Below are positions 26,111 through 37,724 of a stretch of DNA of 64,000 bases, piece by piece. The position numbers and the translations under genes were made by a program. Source of the stretch: Hemiscyllium ocellatum (lineage: Eukaryota). The stretch's first letter is position 1, and each line of letters begins with the position of its first letter. The stretch spans positions 66,740,320-66,804,319 of the forward strand of contig NC_083412.1 of assembly GCF_020745735.1 (NCBI RefSeq), read 5' to 3'. The notes beneath the pieces are model-generated. The model made no database searches, had not been told where the DNA came from, and saw nothing but the letters and a program-made list of their open reading frames with translations.

Positions 26111-26800
26111 CATAGAATCACTACAGTGTGGAAGCAGGCCATTCTGCCCATTGAGTTCACACAGACCCGTCGAAGGCATCCCACCCAGATCCCCACCACT
26201 ACCATTACCACACCACCAATCCCCCCACCACACCACCCCCCACAGCTAATCCACCTGATCTACACATTCCTGAACACTCTTGGCAATTTACCATAAACAA
26301 TCCACCTTACCTATACAACTTTGGACTGTGGGAGTAAACTGGAGCACCCAGAGGAAACCCATGGGATATGACGAGAACATGGGCAGCACAGTTGCTCAGT
26401 GCTTAGCACTGCTGCCTCACAGTGTGAGGTAACTAAGTTTAATTCCAGTCTTGGGCGTATGTCTGTGTGGACTTTGCACATTCTCCCTGTGTCTGCATGG
26501 GTTTCCTCTGGGTGCTCTGGTTTCCTCCCATAGTGCAAAGATGTGCACGTTGAGTGAATTGGCCAAGTTAAATTGCCCATAGTGTTCAGGGATATGTAGG
26601 TTAGATGCATTAGTCAGGGGAAATATAGAGTAATAGGGTAAGGGAATGCGTCTGGGTGGGATATGCTTTGGAGGGTTGATGTAGACTTGTTGGGCCAAAT
26701 AGCCTGTTTCCACACTGTAGGGAATCAATACAAACTCCATACAGTCAGTCACACAAAGGTCACCAGTGTTGTGAGACAGCAGTGCTAACCACCATGCCAC
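26110..26800. mobile_element. Cluster of HE1-type SINE pieces (antisense about 26110-26375, sense about 26380-26720, antisense head about 26740-26800)
   Basis: SINE tails, bodies and A-box segments occur in both orientations. Confidence 0.75.
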
Positions 26801-27680
26801 CTACCATTGATAGGAGGTTTCTGAGGATGTAATCAATAGAATAGATAAGGGAGAATTAGTGGAGGTCACGTAGTTTGGTTTTCAGAAGGATTTTCATATT
26901 GTCCCTCTTATGAGGTCAGTGGGCAAAGTTAAATCTAATGTGTTGGGGGTAATCTATTGGCATGGATCAAAAATTGAGTGACAGGCAGAAAGCAAAGAAG
27001 GGGAATATTTTTTTCTGAATGGCAGGCAGTGACTAGTGGTGCACCAAAAGGACCAGAGCTTGGGCTCCAGCTATTCATAGTATATATAAATGACATTCCA
27101 AGTTTCCTGATGACACAAAACTGGATAGTATGGTGAGATATGAGGAGGATGCAAGGAGGCTTCAAGGTGGGTTAGACAAATTGAGTGATTGGACATCACA
27201 TGGCAAATATAGTAGAACCTGGTTAAATGTGAAATTACCAGTGTGAAAGGGAGAGTATTATTTAAGTGTGGATGTAGAAAGGAATCTGGGTGTCCTGGTA
27301 CACCAGTCAATAAGGTAGGTAGCAAGGTGCAGCAAGTGTACAAGAAGGCAAATATCTTACTGTTGTTAGTAAGGGCTTGTTGAGATCACACCTGGAGCAT
27401 TGTATATAGCTTTTCTCTCTTTACCTAAGAAAGGATATACTTGCCACAAAGAAGTAACATAGGTTCACCAGGCTGATACCACGAATGGTAGATTTGTATT
27501 ATCAGGACAGAATGGTTCAGTTGGGCTTGTATCCACCAGAGTTCAGAAGCATGAGAGGGGATCTGATTGGAATGCATTATATTCTAGCAGAGCTGGACAG
27601 ACTGGATGCAGTTTAGATGTTTTCCCTGGCTGGTGAGTCTGGAACAAGGGAACAAACTCTCAGGGTCCAAGGTAGAGGGA
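26800..27680 (+). mobile_element. CR1 LINE RT fragment
   Basis: Degenerate CR1 RT (..VTSGAPKG..LG.QLF..YINDI..KFPDDTKL..). Confidence 0.7.
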
Positions 27681-27689
27681 TGAGAAGAA

Positions 27690-27830
27690 GAAGATGCAGA
27701 ATACTCACCACTGATGCAGGTTATTGAATCCAAAAGAGAAAATGCTGGAAAATCTCAGCAGGTCTGGCAGCATCTGTAAGGAGAGAAAAGAGCTGACGTT
27801 TCGAGTCTAACTGACCCTTTGTCAAAGCTA
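27690..27830 (-). mobile_element. Penelope-like end fragment with hammerhead-like motif
   Basis: The reverse complement reads agct-ttgacaa-a-gggtc-agtta-gactc-gaaac-gtc-agct. Confidence 0.6.
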
Positions 27831-27959
27831 GTTATTGAATAACCTATTATGACCTATTCTGTAAATACCTGTGCAATTATTATTGCACCAGCCAATGGTG
27901 ATCTGCTCCCCCCTTGCCTGCTGCTCTAACTGACTGGACCTCCACACTGATCCTGGTAC

Positions 27960-28800
27960 GAAATCTAGGAATTGAATTGAATTTATTGTCACATATACCG
28001 AGGCACAGTGAAAAGCTTTCTCTTGCGAACAATACAGGCAGATCACAGAGTTAAGTAGCATAGATAAGTAAATAATAGTTAAACAGTGGCAAAAACAAAA
28101 ACACAGGTACAGGTGAATATTAAGAGTTTGTGAGTCCATTCAGTATTCTAACAACAGTAGAGTAGAAACTATTTCAAAACTGGCTAGTGCGTGTGTTCAG
28201 GCTTCTGTACCGTCCCCCAATGGTAGAGGTTGTAGAAAAAGATTGCCAGAGTGGGAAGGATCTTTGAGAATGCTGGCGGCCTTTCCTGAACAGTGGGCCT
28301 GGTTGAGGGATTCTATAGATGGGAGGTTGGCCTTTGTGATTTTCTGGGTCAAGTTCACCACTCTCTGTAACCGTCTCCAATCTTGAATGGTATAGTTGCT
28401 ATACCAGGTAGTGATACATCCACACAGAATGCTCTCAACGGCGCACCTATAAAAATTGGCAAGGGTATTCACTGTCATGGTAAATTTCCTCAGCCTGTCT
28501 GAGGAAGAAGAGACACTGTTGGGCCTTTGTAACCAGTGTGTCCACATGAAGAAAGCTTGTGCAGGATGACCACTCCCAGGAGCTAGACACTCTCCACTCG
28601 TTCCACCTCTGTGCTGTTAATGCATAGAGAGGTATGAGTAACATCCTGCCGAAAGTCAATAATGAGTTCTTTGATTTTGCCAGCATTGAGAGCGAGATTG
28701 TTCTCAGTGCATCATTTTCCAGATCTTTCACCTCCCATCTGTAGTCTGTTTCATCGCCATCTGAGATTCAACTGTCTATGGTGGTGTCATCAGCAAGGAG
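27960..28800 (-). mobile_element. Rex1/Babar-type LINE 3' part
   Basis: ORFs contain LANFYRCAVESILCGCITTWY...LQRVVN..QKIT..NLPSIE...AASILKDPSH; the tail is an (aattc)n-type repeat. Confidence 0.8.
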
Positions 28801-29054
28801 AAGTACAGTGAGCAAATTGTGTTTGCACTATCATCACTGTTATAAGCAGTAGGGGTTATACAAGCATAGAATGCATAGATCCAAGTCCATATCTACTCAT
28901 GATATAATAATTGTGATCTATACACCTGAATGGATATTTATAGTGTACAATGCTTATACACCAAAGCTCTACTTTCAGTGAACCCAAATAAAGCATTTTA
29001 TGAAGGAACTCAAGGCAGTCCAGAGGATACCTATTCTGGAGGGGTGGGGTAGTT

Positions 29055-29077
29055 GGGGGGGGGGGGGGGGGGGGGGG
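29055..29077. repeat. Poly-G run (G23) in a G-rich tract
   Basis: Read directly from the sequence. Confidence 0.9.
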
Positions 29078-31644
29078 CGGAGTGTATTTGTGTAGTCTTC
29101 AGGGAACTGAATGAGGAAACAAGAGGCATTATTGCCAGAAGATTTATAAGTAGCATAATTTAGTATCAGAACCAAAGAATAGTAAATACCTGTACGTTGC
29201 CATAAAAGAGACATAAATCAGGTGATTATAAATGATTGAAGGCAACTTTCTCAGATTAATGTATCTAACAAGCCAGAATGGACTCAATGGGTTAAAAGTC
29301 CTCATCCTGTGCTGTAAATGGTTTCTCTCCAAATTATGAGTCTATTTAACAAACTCACAAATGCACGCTAAATGTGATGTTGTTGCACTACTTAAGCTTG
29401 TCAATAAACTTCCACTTAATTTAATACATATTGTTGAAGACAGGGTTAATATTGAACTCTGTAGTGGTTTGAAATTGCCTGTTTAAAGACAAAAATCTTT
29501 CATCTTGAAGCTCCATTTGACGTATCACCATTCATTTCCAAAGAAGGAAGTGTTCACAGTAGTTATTGAGAGTTACTTACCTGATTCAGCAGCATGACAA
29601 ATGTCCATCCTTAACTTCACGTAAGTGTTTCATTTTATTGTCTTTTGTGGGTTACTGAGGGGTATTAAATATCATGATGACAATAGAGTAGAAATCAGAT
29701 TTTTATAAATGAAAGTTTATACATTTAGACAGCTTGGAAGAAAAGGACAAATTTCCAGATTATAACTCTGTCTCGTACACCAGTTAAGAGAAAGAAAGAG
29801 CAATGGTTGAAGCTTTCTCACTGATGATCTAAGTACTCCAAGGAACACTTCCCCATGCCTGCATGTTTCTGCGAGAACTATAATTAACATTTTCATTGTC
29901 CTGTTTGACTATCAATAAACTACTTTGGTATTTTTCATATTAACTAAGGTTTATTGAAATCACTAAATGAGTTTGTTCATTCAATTTGAACTAATAAATA
30001 GGTTTTTTGGTGGGAAAGGGATGTCTACTGAATTTACTTTGGATTCCTATCATCATTTTGAAGAAATGAACTGCAAATGCTGAACTTCAGAAATAGTTCT
30101 GCACTCCCTTTCAGATTTCCCAGGTTGAGCAATACGTTGTAAATTTTTGACAGCTCTTGAATTGTGTTGAAACATACTGCTTGGTTCAAAAAATGGAGCA
30201 GGAATTTAGGTTTACATACTGTATTACATTTCATATTAAATTTAGAATTGAAAAGTTCTAAGTTCACATTTCTAATAGGAAAATCTGTATTTTGCAATAA
30301 CAAGTGCTTGCAGCATGTAATTATTTACAATGATAAACAATACGAAAATATGCATAATCATTATATACCTATTTTATTATCTCAACCTTTTGACAAACAT
30401 TAAAATTACTAAAATCAATTTGCAGAGTGTTTGACATGCCATGGCTTCCTACAGTTGCTGAGATGTCTGCTTCCATGTGAAGATTTAAAATAAACTCCAA
30501 AATCTTTACATTTTACAATTACGCGCCTTAATGTAACTATTGAGATTCATTTTATCATTTAAATCCACAATGAAACATTTTATTTGGAGGCTACAGAATT
30601 TCGCTGGCTGTGGACATAATACTTATATCCAGAGATGTGACTCTGAACTGCAGTTATATCTGACAATTTTTCAATTAGCAATGTATATTATTTCTAGGAT
30701 GAATCTGTAACATTTAGCTAGTCCTTGAATAGAATGATTTTCAGGGTCCTAATAAAATCGACTTCGTTAATTCTCTTATTAATATAGTTGAAGAAAAGCA
30801 GAAAGACACATCTCAAAAGCTTTGTACAGTTAAAGACTTTATGAAGTGTTTTTTAAAAACGTGCAAGGTTTTCTGTGTGTATATAAATTGGTCCTTGGAG
30901 ACACAGACATGTAAACTCCAACTAGAACAATTGCTAAAATTAATGTTTGCAAAGATTTCCTGAAAAGTTTAATGTTGTCGGTGCTGAGATACCCCACATA
31001 AACCCAATGGAATCAGACCCATGTTCTGCTCTCTCAATGTTGACACTGATTTTCTGACTATGCATCCTTTCCTCTACCAGGATCTACTGCTACCCAAATA
31101 ACATTGCATATTTCCACTGTGCCTTAGTCCATCTGCTGTTGCCTTGAGCAAGTCCCTGATTTTCATTGCCCCCATTAGATACTGTGTCCTGACCCGCTTA
31201 GGCTCTAGTTCTTGAATTCATGAACCAAAACTTTCTATCTCCCTGCCTTTCTTTTCTCCTGTATGACTTCTTTTAAAGATCAATATTTTAGCCAGCTTTT
31301 GATCACCTGTCCCAATACAGTCATTTGGCACAGTTCCAATAGGAATGTTCCACTAACTACAATTCCCTGGATAACCACAAACCAGACACATTGTTAATCT
31401 TTTACCTTCTGTTGAGGATGATATACCTGATTTAAAACTATTTACTTATGTTTCCTGGGTTTGTATTCTTTCCCCTTCTTTAGTCAACAGGGTGTTGGTA
31501 ACATGCAACAATATCTCTCAGGCATCAGTCAAAAGGTGGTGCATGGAAAGGAGGTCAGCTTGATAAGTGTAGAACAGTTTTTTGTTCTCAGAGCATACAC
31601 CTCTTTCCCTGCTATCAGTAGCAATTTAGTTATTGCGTTCTCTA

Positions 31645-32126
31645 GGAGAAAGTGAGGACTGCAGATGCTGGAGATCAGAGCTGAAAATGTGTTGCTGGAA
31701 AAGTGCAGCAGGTCAGGCAGCATCCAAGGTACAGGAGCATCGACGTTTCGGGCATGAGCCCTTCTTCAGGAATGAGGAAAGTGTGCCAAGCAGGCTAGGA
31801 TAAAAGGTAGGGAAGAGGGACTTGGGGGAGGGGCGTTGGAAATGCGATAGGTGGAAGGAGGCTAAATTGAGGGTGATAAGGTGAGGGTGGTAGAGGGTGA
31901 GGGTGGGGGGAGGAGAAGTCAGGAAGAAGATTGCAGGTTAGGAAGGTGTGCTGAGTTATCGCATTTCCAATGCCCCTCCCCCAAGTCCCTTCTCCCTACC
32001 TTTTATCTTAGCATGCTTGGCACACTCTCCTCATTCCTGAAGAAGGGCTCATGCTCGAAACGTCGATTCTCCTGCTTCTTGGATGCTGCCTGGCCTGCTG
32101 CACTTTCCCAGCAACACATTTTCAGC
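31645..32126. mobile_element. Fold-back Penelope-like element (long antisense arm + short sense arm) with 14-bp TSD
   Basis: Arms contain cgacgtttcgggcatgagcccttcttcagg and cctgaagaagggctcatgctcgaaacgtcg. Flanks TATTGCGTTCTCTA (31631-31644) and TATTGCTTTCTCTA (32127-32140). Confidence 0.8.
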
Positions 32127-32599
32127 TATTGCTTTCTCTATCAAACTTTAGAAAAAGCAACTTTGTTGTGTAAATCTATTAACTCTTTCTTTCTAGGATA
32201 CTCTAAAACATCTGCAGGGAAGTCAGTCTATATTTTTTCAACCTCTGTCATTGTCCATTGTTGCTGTTATAATAACTCCCCAGTAGAGGCCATTTTTTTA
32301 TTGACCGCTCCCACATGCTTCTGGTGCGTGCCAGATAACACAAATGTAATTATATCTTCTTTTGTGGTTAGGTATCAGATTTGTTTGATAATGCTCCTAC
32401 GAAGCATTTTTGGGAATTTCACAAAGCTAAAGATGCACGACAGATGTGTGTCATTAGCACCCGAGAAGTTTCAACAAGAAAATACACATATTGTACTCCC
32501 AAACAATGGGTCTGCACAATTTCACAAAGGTGCCAGACAAAAGCATTGTGACCCTGCTGCCAAATTCCAGAAACTCTATCACAGCCAACGGTAGGAGCA

Positions 32600-33800
32600 T
32601 CCTTTAGAGCAACCAGAACCCAAGGAGCTCCTTGTGTTGCTCAGGTAGGAAGACAGGGTGGATCCTCAGGAAATACAAGAATTTCACCACTGTTGTTAAA
32701 ATCGACAAAGACAGCCAAAATCCTAAGTCAGGTCCCAAATGTTTCCCATTTTCATGGTGCCAGGGTGAGTGTGAGCCTCGTGGGTGTCTGTGGCTTGGGA
32801 AGGCAGCTAGTCATCTCAATGGTAAAAATAGGTTTTAGAACCTTTGGTGTCTAGAACGCAGACTGCGGAAATTAAACTGAGGTAAGAGCGGGTTTGTCCT
32901 CACAGCATTTCTTTTCCATAACCAGGATACTCCTCTGGTGAGTTAAGGAATTTCTGCTGATATGGTTCCAGAACACTCTGTCAGTGGGGATTTGGGAATT
33001 CTTTGGGGCGTGGGAGTCAGTGTCTATTGGGGAGTAAGTGAGAGGGTTACTTTGTGGAGGAGGGAGCAGGTGCTCTTTAGATTTGGAGGACGTCATGTGT
33101 AAAAGGTGTATAAACTCCATGGAGCCGTAGAACTTGTCAAAAAATGTTGCAAATTGCCAATTTCTCATTTAAATGAGAGTGCTTTCTCAACAGAGTGTAG
33201 CCTACAATATAGAAGTCAACCTGTTCCCGCGTGGTCATGGGTTCTTGTGGATACTAGGTGAAGTTGAATTGCCCACGAAGGAGTGAAAGTAGGCATTAAG
33301 TTGAGATATAGAATATGAGGGGCCATAGGGGATCAATACCGGGGAGCAGGGTGACATGGAAGTATAAGGGTCCATTGGGAATGATTAGAGGTCTTTGGAT
33401 GGCATTGGCTAGCATTGATGGGATATGGGGGTTGTGTGAGAGTGAGGGTTGGAAGAATATTTTGTGCTTCATTCTTTTATTTTCATTTTTGACCATGGTG
33501 CCAGAACCCAGAGGATGGTTTTCTGACCAGTGTGTCTCAAGCAGTGAGGGTCTCCTGTGTTCTTCCCAGGTTGCCTGACTTGACTCCCAACCCAGTCGGA
33601 TCCCACAGAAAAATAAGTGCAGACTGCCATTTTTACAACTCAGATTCACGGAACTGGGATTTTCCCACATCTTGCAGCCAGAAACAAAAATCAAGCCTGA
33701 GCATTTGAACTCCAGCTCCTCCATGTTGCATACCAACTGCTCTGTCTTGTCAGCTTTAAAATTAGCAAAGGATAATAACATATTTTAAAGCTATAAAGGA
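32600..33800 (-). mobile_element. Degenerate L1/Tx1-like LINE fragment
   Basis: Antisense pieces such as ATFFDKFYGS resemble the L1 endonuclease-RT linker; heavily decayed. Confidence 0.35.
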
Positions 33801-34399
33801 TCATGGATTTCAATCCCCAAAGCCTTGCAAACGTTTCCAGTCTCTCATTTAAGAAATAGAAATTGACATATCCAGTTACTGTCTGCCTTTACATATTCCT
33901 TTGTTACAAAACACTGTGTCCTCTGTTTTCCCATGAGTACTGCCAAGGATTTCAGCTATTAAATATGAAAACTAATATGAATTGTGGCTCAAGGGCATAG
34001 AAGATTGCTTTCCTGTTGAATGCAATAGCGCATATGCTCTAATGTTTGTACCCATTGTATTTAGCAATTTATTAAAAGAGGACAATTCTGCATTTAAATG
34101 TACATTAATTTAAATTGGAACCTTGAAAAAAAAATAAAAATTCTCATAAGCTTTCCTTATTCAATTAAAGTTTACAAATCTAGCTACATTGAGTTTAATA
34201 ATTAATAATTTAGTAAATTTTCATAGTTGAGTGTGCTATCTAGGATTATTTACATTGCATATAAAGGACATTAGGCTACACAAATACAAATTGTGTTCTA
34301 TAAATTTGTTGAGGATATAACTTGAAAACTTAGTGCTGTTAGTACTAAGCTGTTACAGTAAATGAACAATACTCTGGAAGTATTTGTCACCTAATTGTA

Positions 34400-34609
34400 A
34401 TTCGAGAGTGTGGTGCTGGAAAAGCACAGCAGATCAGGCAGCATCTAAGCAGCAGGAGAATGGAAGTTTTGGGCATAAGTCCTTCATCAGGAATGAGGCC
34501 TTATGCCTGAAATGTCCATTCTCCTGCTCCTCATGATGTTGCCTGACCTGCTGTGCTTTTCCAGCACCACACTCTCAACTCTGATCTCCAGCATCTGCAA
34601 TCCTCACTT
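34400..34609. mobile_element. Fold-back Penelope-like end fragment with perfect 13-bp TSD
   Basis: Inverted arms gagagtgtggtgctggaaaagcacagcag / ctgctgtgcttttccagcaccacactctc. TCACCTAATTGTA occurs at 34387-34399 and 34610-34622. Confidence 0.85.
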
Positions 34610-37600
34610 TCACCTAATTGTACTTCTCATGAAACACCATTACAATTAGTACTTTAATTACAAAAAAAGCCTAATAAAGCACAAAATAAATTCGTGAACC
34701 TCACAAACAGCATGGAGGGTTTCCCTCCGTCAGCCCTAGTGTGCTTTCTCACACAATTTTTCACAGTTTACTTTACTACATATGTGTCTGACTTCCACGG
34801 TACTTCATGTATCAGTTCTAACCAGTGGCAGGAATATATAAATGGACTGCCTGGAATTCTGGTGCCATACTTAAAGGCCAGCCACCCACCAGACCAATCA
34901 CTGCCAGTCATGGATTGCACTTTGCAGTACACATAATGGGAGGTAATTACAAAGAATAGCTCCTGAAGGCACACGGCAATACTTTGCTACTTTCCATCAT
35001 CGTCTATCTGACTGACTGTCATTGTGACTGCAGCTCCATGTGTCAGGTTACACAGGCTAGCTCTCCTTAGCACCATACCTTGGTAGGATCCTATCTAACA
35101 GTGTCACTCTTTCCCAGCATAGCATAATTTCTGCTCTTTGTTCAAAGTGGAAGCATCACGTGTTGAAAACGCTCACTTTTATTGGTCAACAGCAGAAGCA
35201 AAGAAAAAGCAAACCAAAAGAAATTGCATCTGCTTCTGGAAACAGACAGGATCTGTTTACCTTTAAAGTAATATCAAATTAACAGTCAATGAAAACCTGC
35301 TTCACTCAAGCCAGATCTATTCCATATAGGTTGTGGATTTGGAAAGTGCTGTCTAAAGAACTTTGATGAATTTCTGCAGTGCATCTTGTAGGTAGTACAC
35401 ACTGCTACTACTGACTATTGGTGATGGAGGGAGTGGATACTTGTGGATGTGATGCCAATCAAGTGGCTGTTTTGTCCTGAATGGTGTTGAGCTTCTCCTC
35501 TGCTGTTGGAGTTGTACCCATTTAGGATACAAGTGGGGAGCATTCCATCAAACTCCATACTTGTGCCTTGTGGACCAGTTCTGGGGAGTCAGGAGGTGAG
35601 TTAGTTGCCACAGTATTACCTCTGACCTGATCTTGTAAATGTTGGGGACAGATGGCCAAGATCGAGGTCTGGAGGTGCAAGCAGGGAGCTGGAACCACCA
35701 GGTACCCCATTCTGACTGTCTTGTAGGGAATTGTTGCTGTCTAGTTTCTCTTTGCCACATGAAAGAATAGGAAATTACATATAATTGGGGCAAGGTTAGG
35801 AGCTCATGAGACATAAAGTCATGGAATTAAACCATTTGCCATTCCCTAGAGAGATTCTTGTCTCACAACAAAAAAAAATAAGATGCTGCAGATGATAGAA
35901 ATCTGAAACAAAAACAGAAACTCCGCAGATTTGGCAATATCTGTGAAGGAAGAAATAGAGTTAACGTTTCACATCTGATATAACTCTCTTTCAGAATGGT
36001 GTTCTCATCTCAGTTAAACTCTGTGTTAAAATTGTACTTTCCTGTCTCAATGTTGAAAATCTCATTTTTCTGATCATGCCACATTTCTCCAACAGACTTG
36101 TCATTACTCATAGCGATTGGGGCTGGGAACATTGTTTTTTTGTAATTCTTGCTTGGAATCGCTGGTGAGACCAATATATATTGTCCATCCCTAATTGCCG
36201 TCAAATCCAGTGGCTCACCTGGCCATTTGAGGGCAGCTAAGAGTCAATTATATTGCTGTGGGTCTCAAGTTACCTGTAAGCCAAACCAGGTAAGGACAGC
36301 AGATTTTCTTCCTTAAAGAATATTAGTGAATCCAATGTATTTGTATGACAATTGACAATATTTACATAGTTACCCTTCGAGCAGCTTTTATTTCCAGATT
36401 TTATTGAATTCAAGTTTCCTCATTTACAATGGTGAGATTCCATCTCATGTCACTAGAACATTCGTCAGAGGCTCTGGATTACTAGTCCAGTGACATTACT
36501 CTGCTGTCTGAAAGAATTTGACATTGAATGCCCACACACAATGAGATTAGTAATATTCTGCTCTTTAAGACAACGTACCAGCCAATCCATTCATGCTATT
36601 TTGTAAAAGTTTATATTTATATTTGTTACTGTTTGGTTTATGGTATTTGAGTTCTGAAGTATTGGAACTTTAGAAATTGGTGTTTTTCATGCTGTATTGT
36701 TTCATTCTTAGATGAAGCCCAAATCCACACATTCTTCATTACTAATTGAGAAATGTGTACATGAATGCGAATTCTAATCAAAATTCAATAGGTAATTGAC
36801 TCCCAGGAGAGTCTCACAGGCCCCATTGTCACCTTTGTTAACAGAAAAACTAATTGCTGCCTGACAACATGCTCCCAGGTTTGTATTAGAGATGTACTCT
36901 CCACAAATCATCACCTAACACCATAAAACACAATGTTACTCAGTGATTCTGTCAAATATCTCTTGCACTTGCACTTGTCCCTGACAATTAGAATAATGGT
37001 CCCCAGAGGGAGGTTGTATATATGTTTCATTCCATTCATCCAATATGCACAGATAATAACCAGTAGAGGTAAAAATATAATCCATGTATGATAAAGTATT
37101 GAAATAATATCACATATGTATTGAAATAAGAGCAATATACAGTAATTTTAATATCAAGACATATCATATTTACAAACTTTCCAGATTCAATCTAGTTCTA
37201 TAGAATAATCTATATGTACATTAGAATATAATAGTTCATTTCCAGAACAATGTCTGCTTTCATTATATTCTAAAATAATTTCCATTTTATTCACTGGCAT
37301 TTATTGCATTTTATTGTGATTCTTTCTAAGTTGTCACATAATTCAATTAAAAGACGCTCATTTTATTTAAAAATCTCATTATCTTAAACACTCTTTCTTA
37401 GAGATAAATTAATTTATATCCAGGTTTGAAATCTGTTTAATACTTAAGTCTCAACTTTGACAGCCTTGATCTATCTTTTAAAGTTGAAAGTGAAGAGTTA
37501 GAGAAGTATATTAAAGTATGCTGTTGAAGTATACCATAGAAGTATAATATTGAAGTATATGATTGGAGTATACCACGTCAGTCAATGTAAGAAAATCACA

Positions 37601-37660
37601 AGATTGTTGCCTTAAAACATTCATTGTTACCTCTGCTATAATTTCAGAATTTGTTAAATA

Positions 37661-37724
37661 ATGCTACTGTTGGGAAATCATGGCATCCAACTTTCCATTT
37701 TAATTCATATCCTTCTCAGTGCAG
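37661..37724 (+). CDS. Leader (signal peptide) exon, MLLLGNHGIQLSILIHILLSA + phase-1 G
   Basis: ATG at 37661 in an AATAATG context; 21 mostly hydrophobic codons ending in small residues (LSA-G); donor CAG|GTAAGA at 37725; phase 1 matches the V exon. A possible acceptor (atttcag) ends at 37647. Confidence 0.7.

Noticed and set aside
31881-32594. 237-aa ORF
   Set aside because: Its first third is Penelope fold-back sequence, and the rest has no recognisable motif; a chance open frame.
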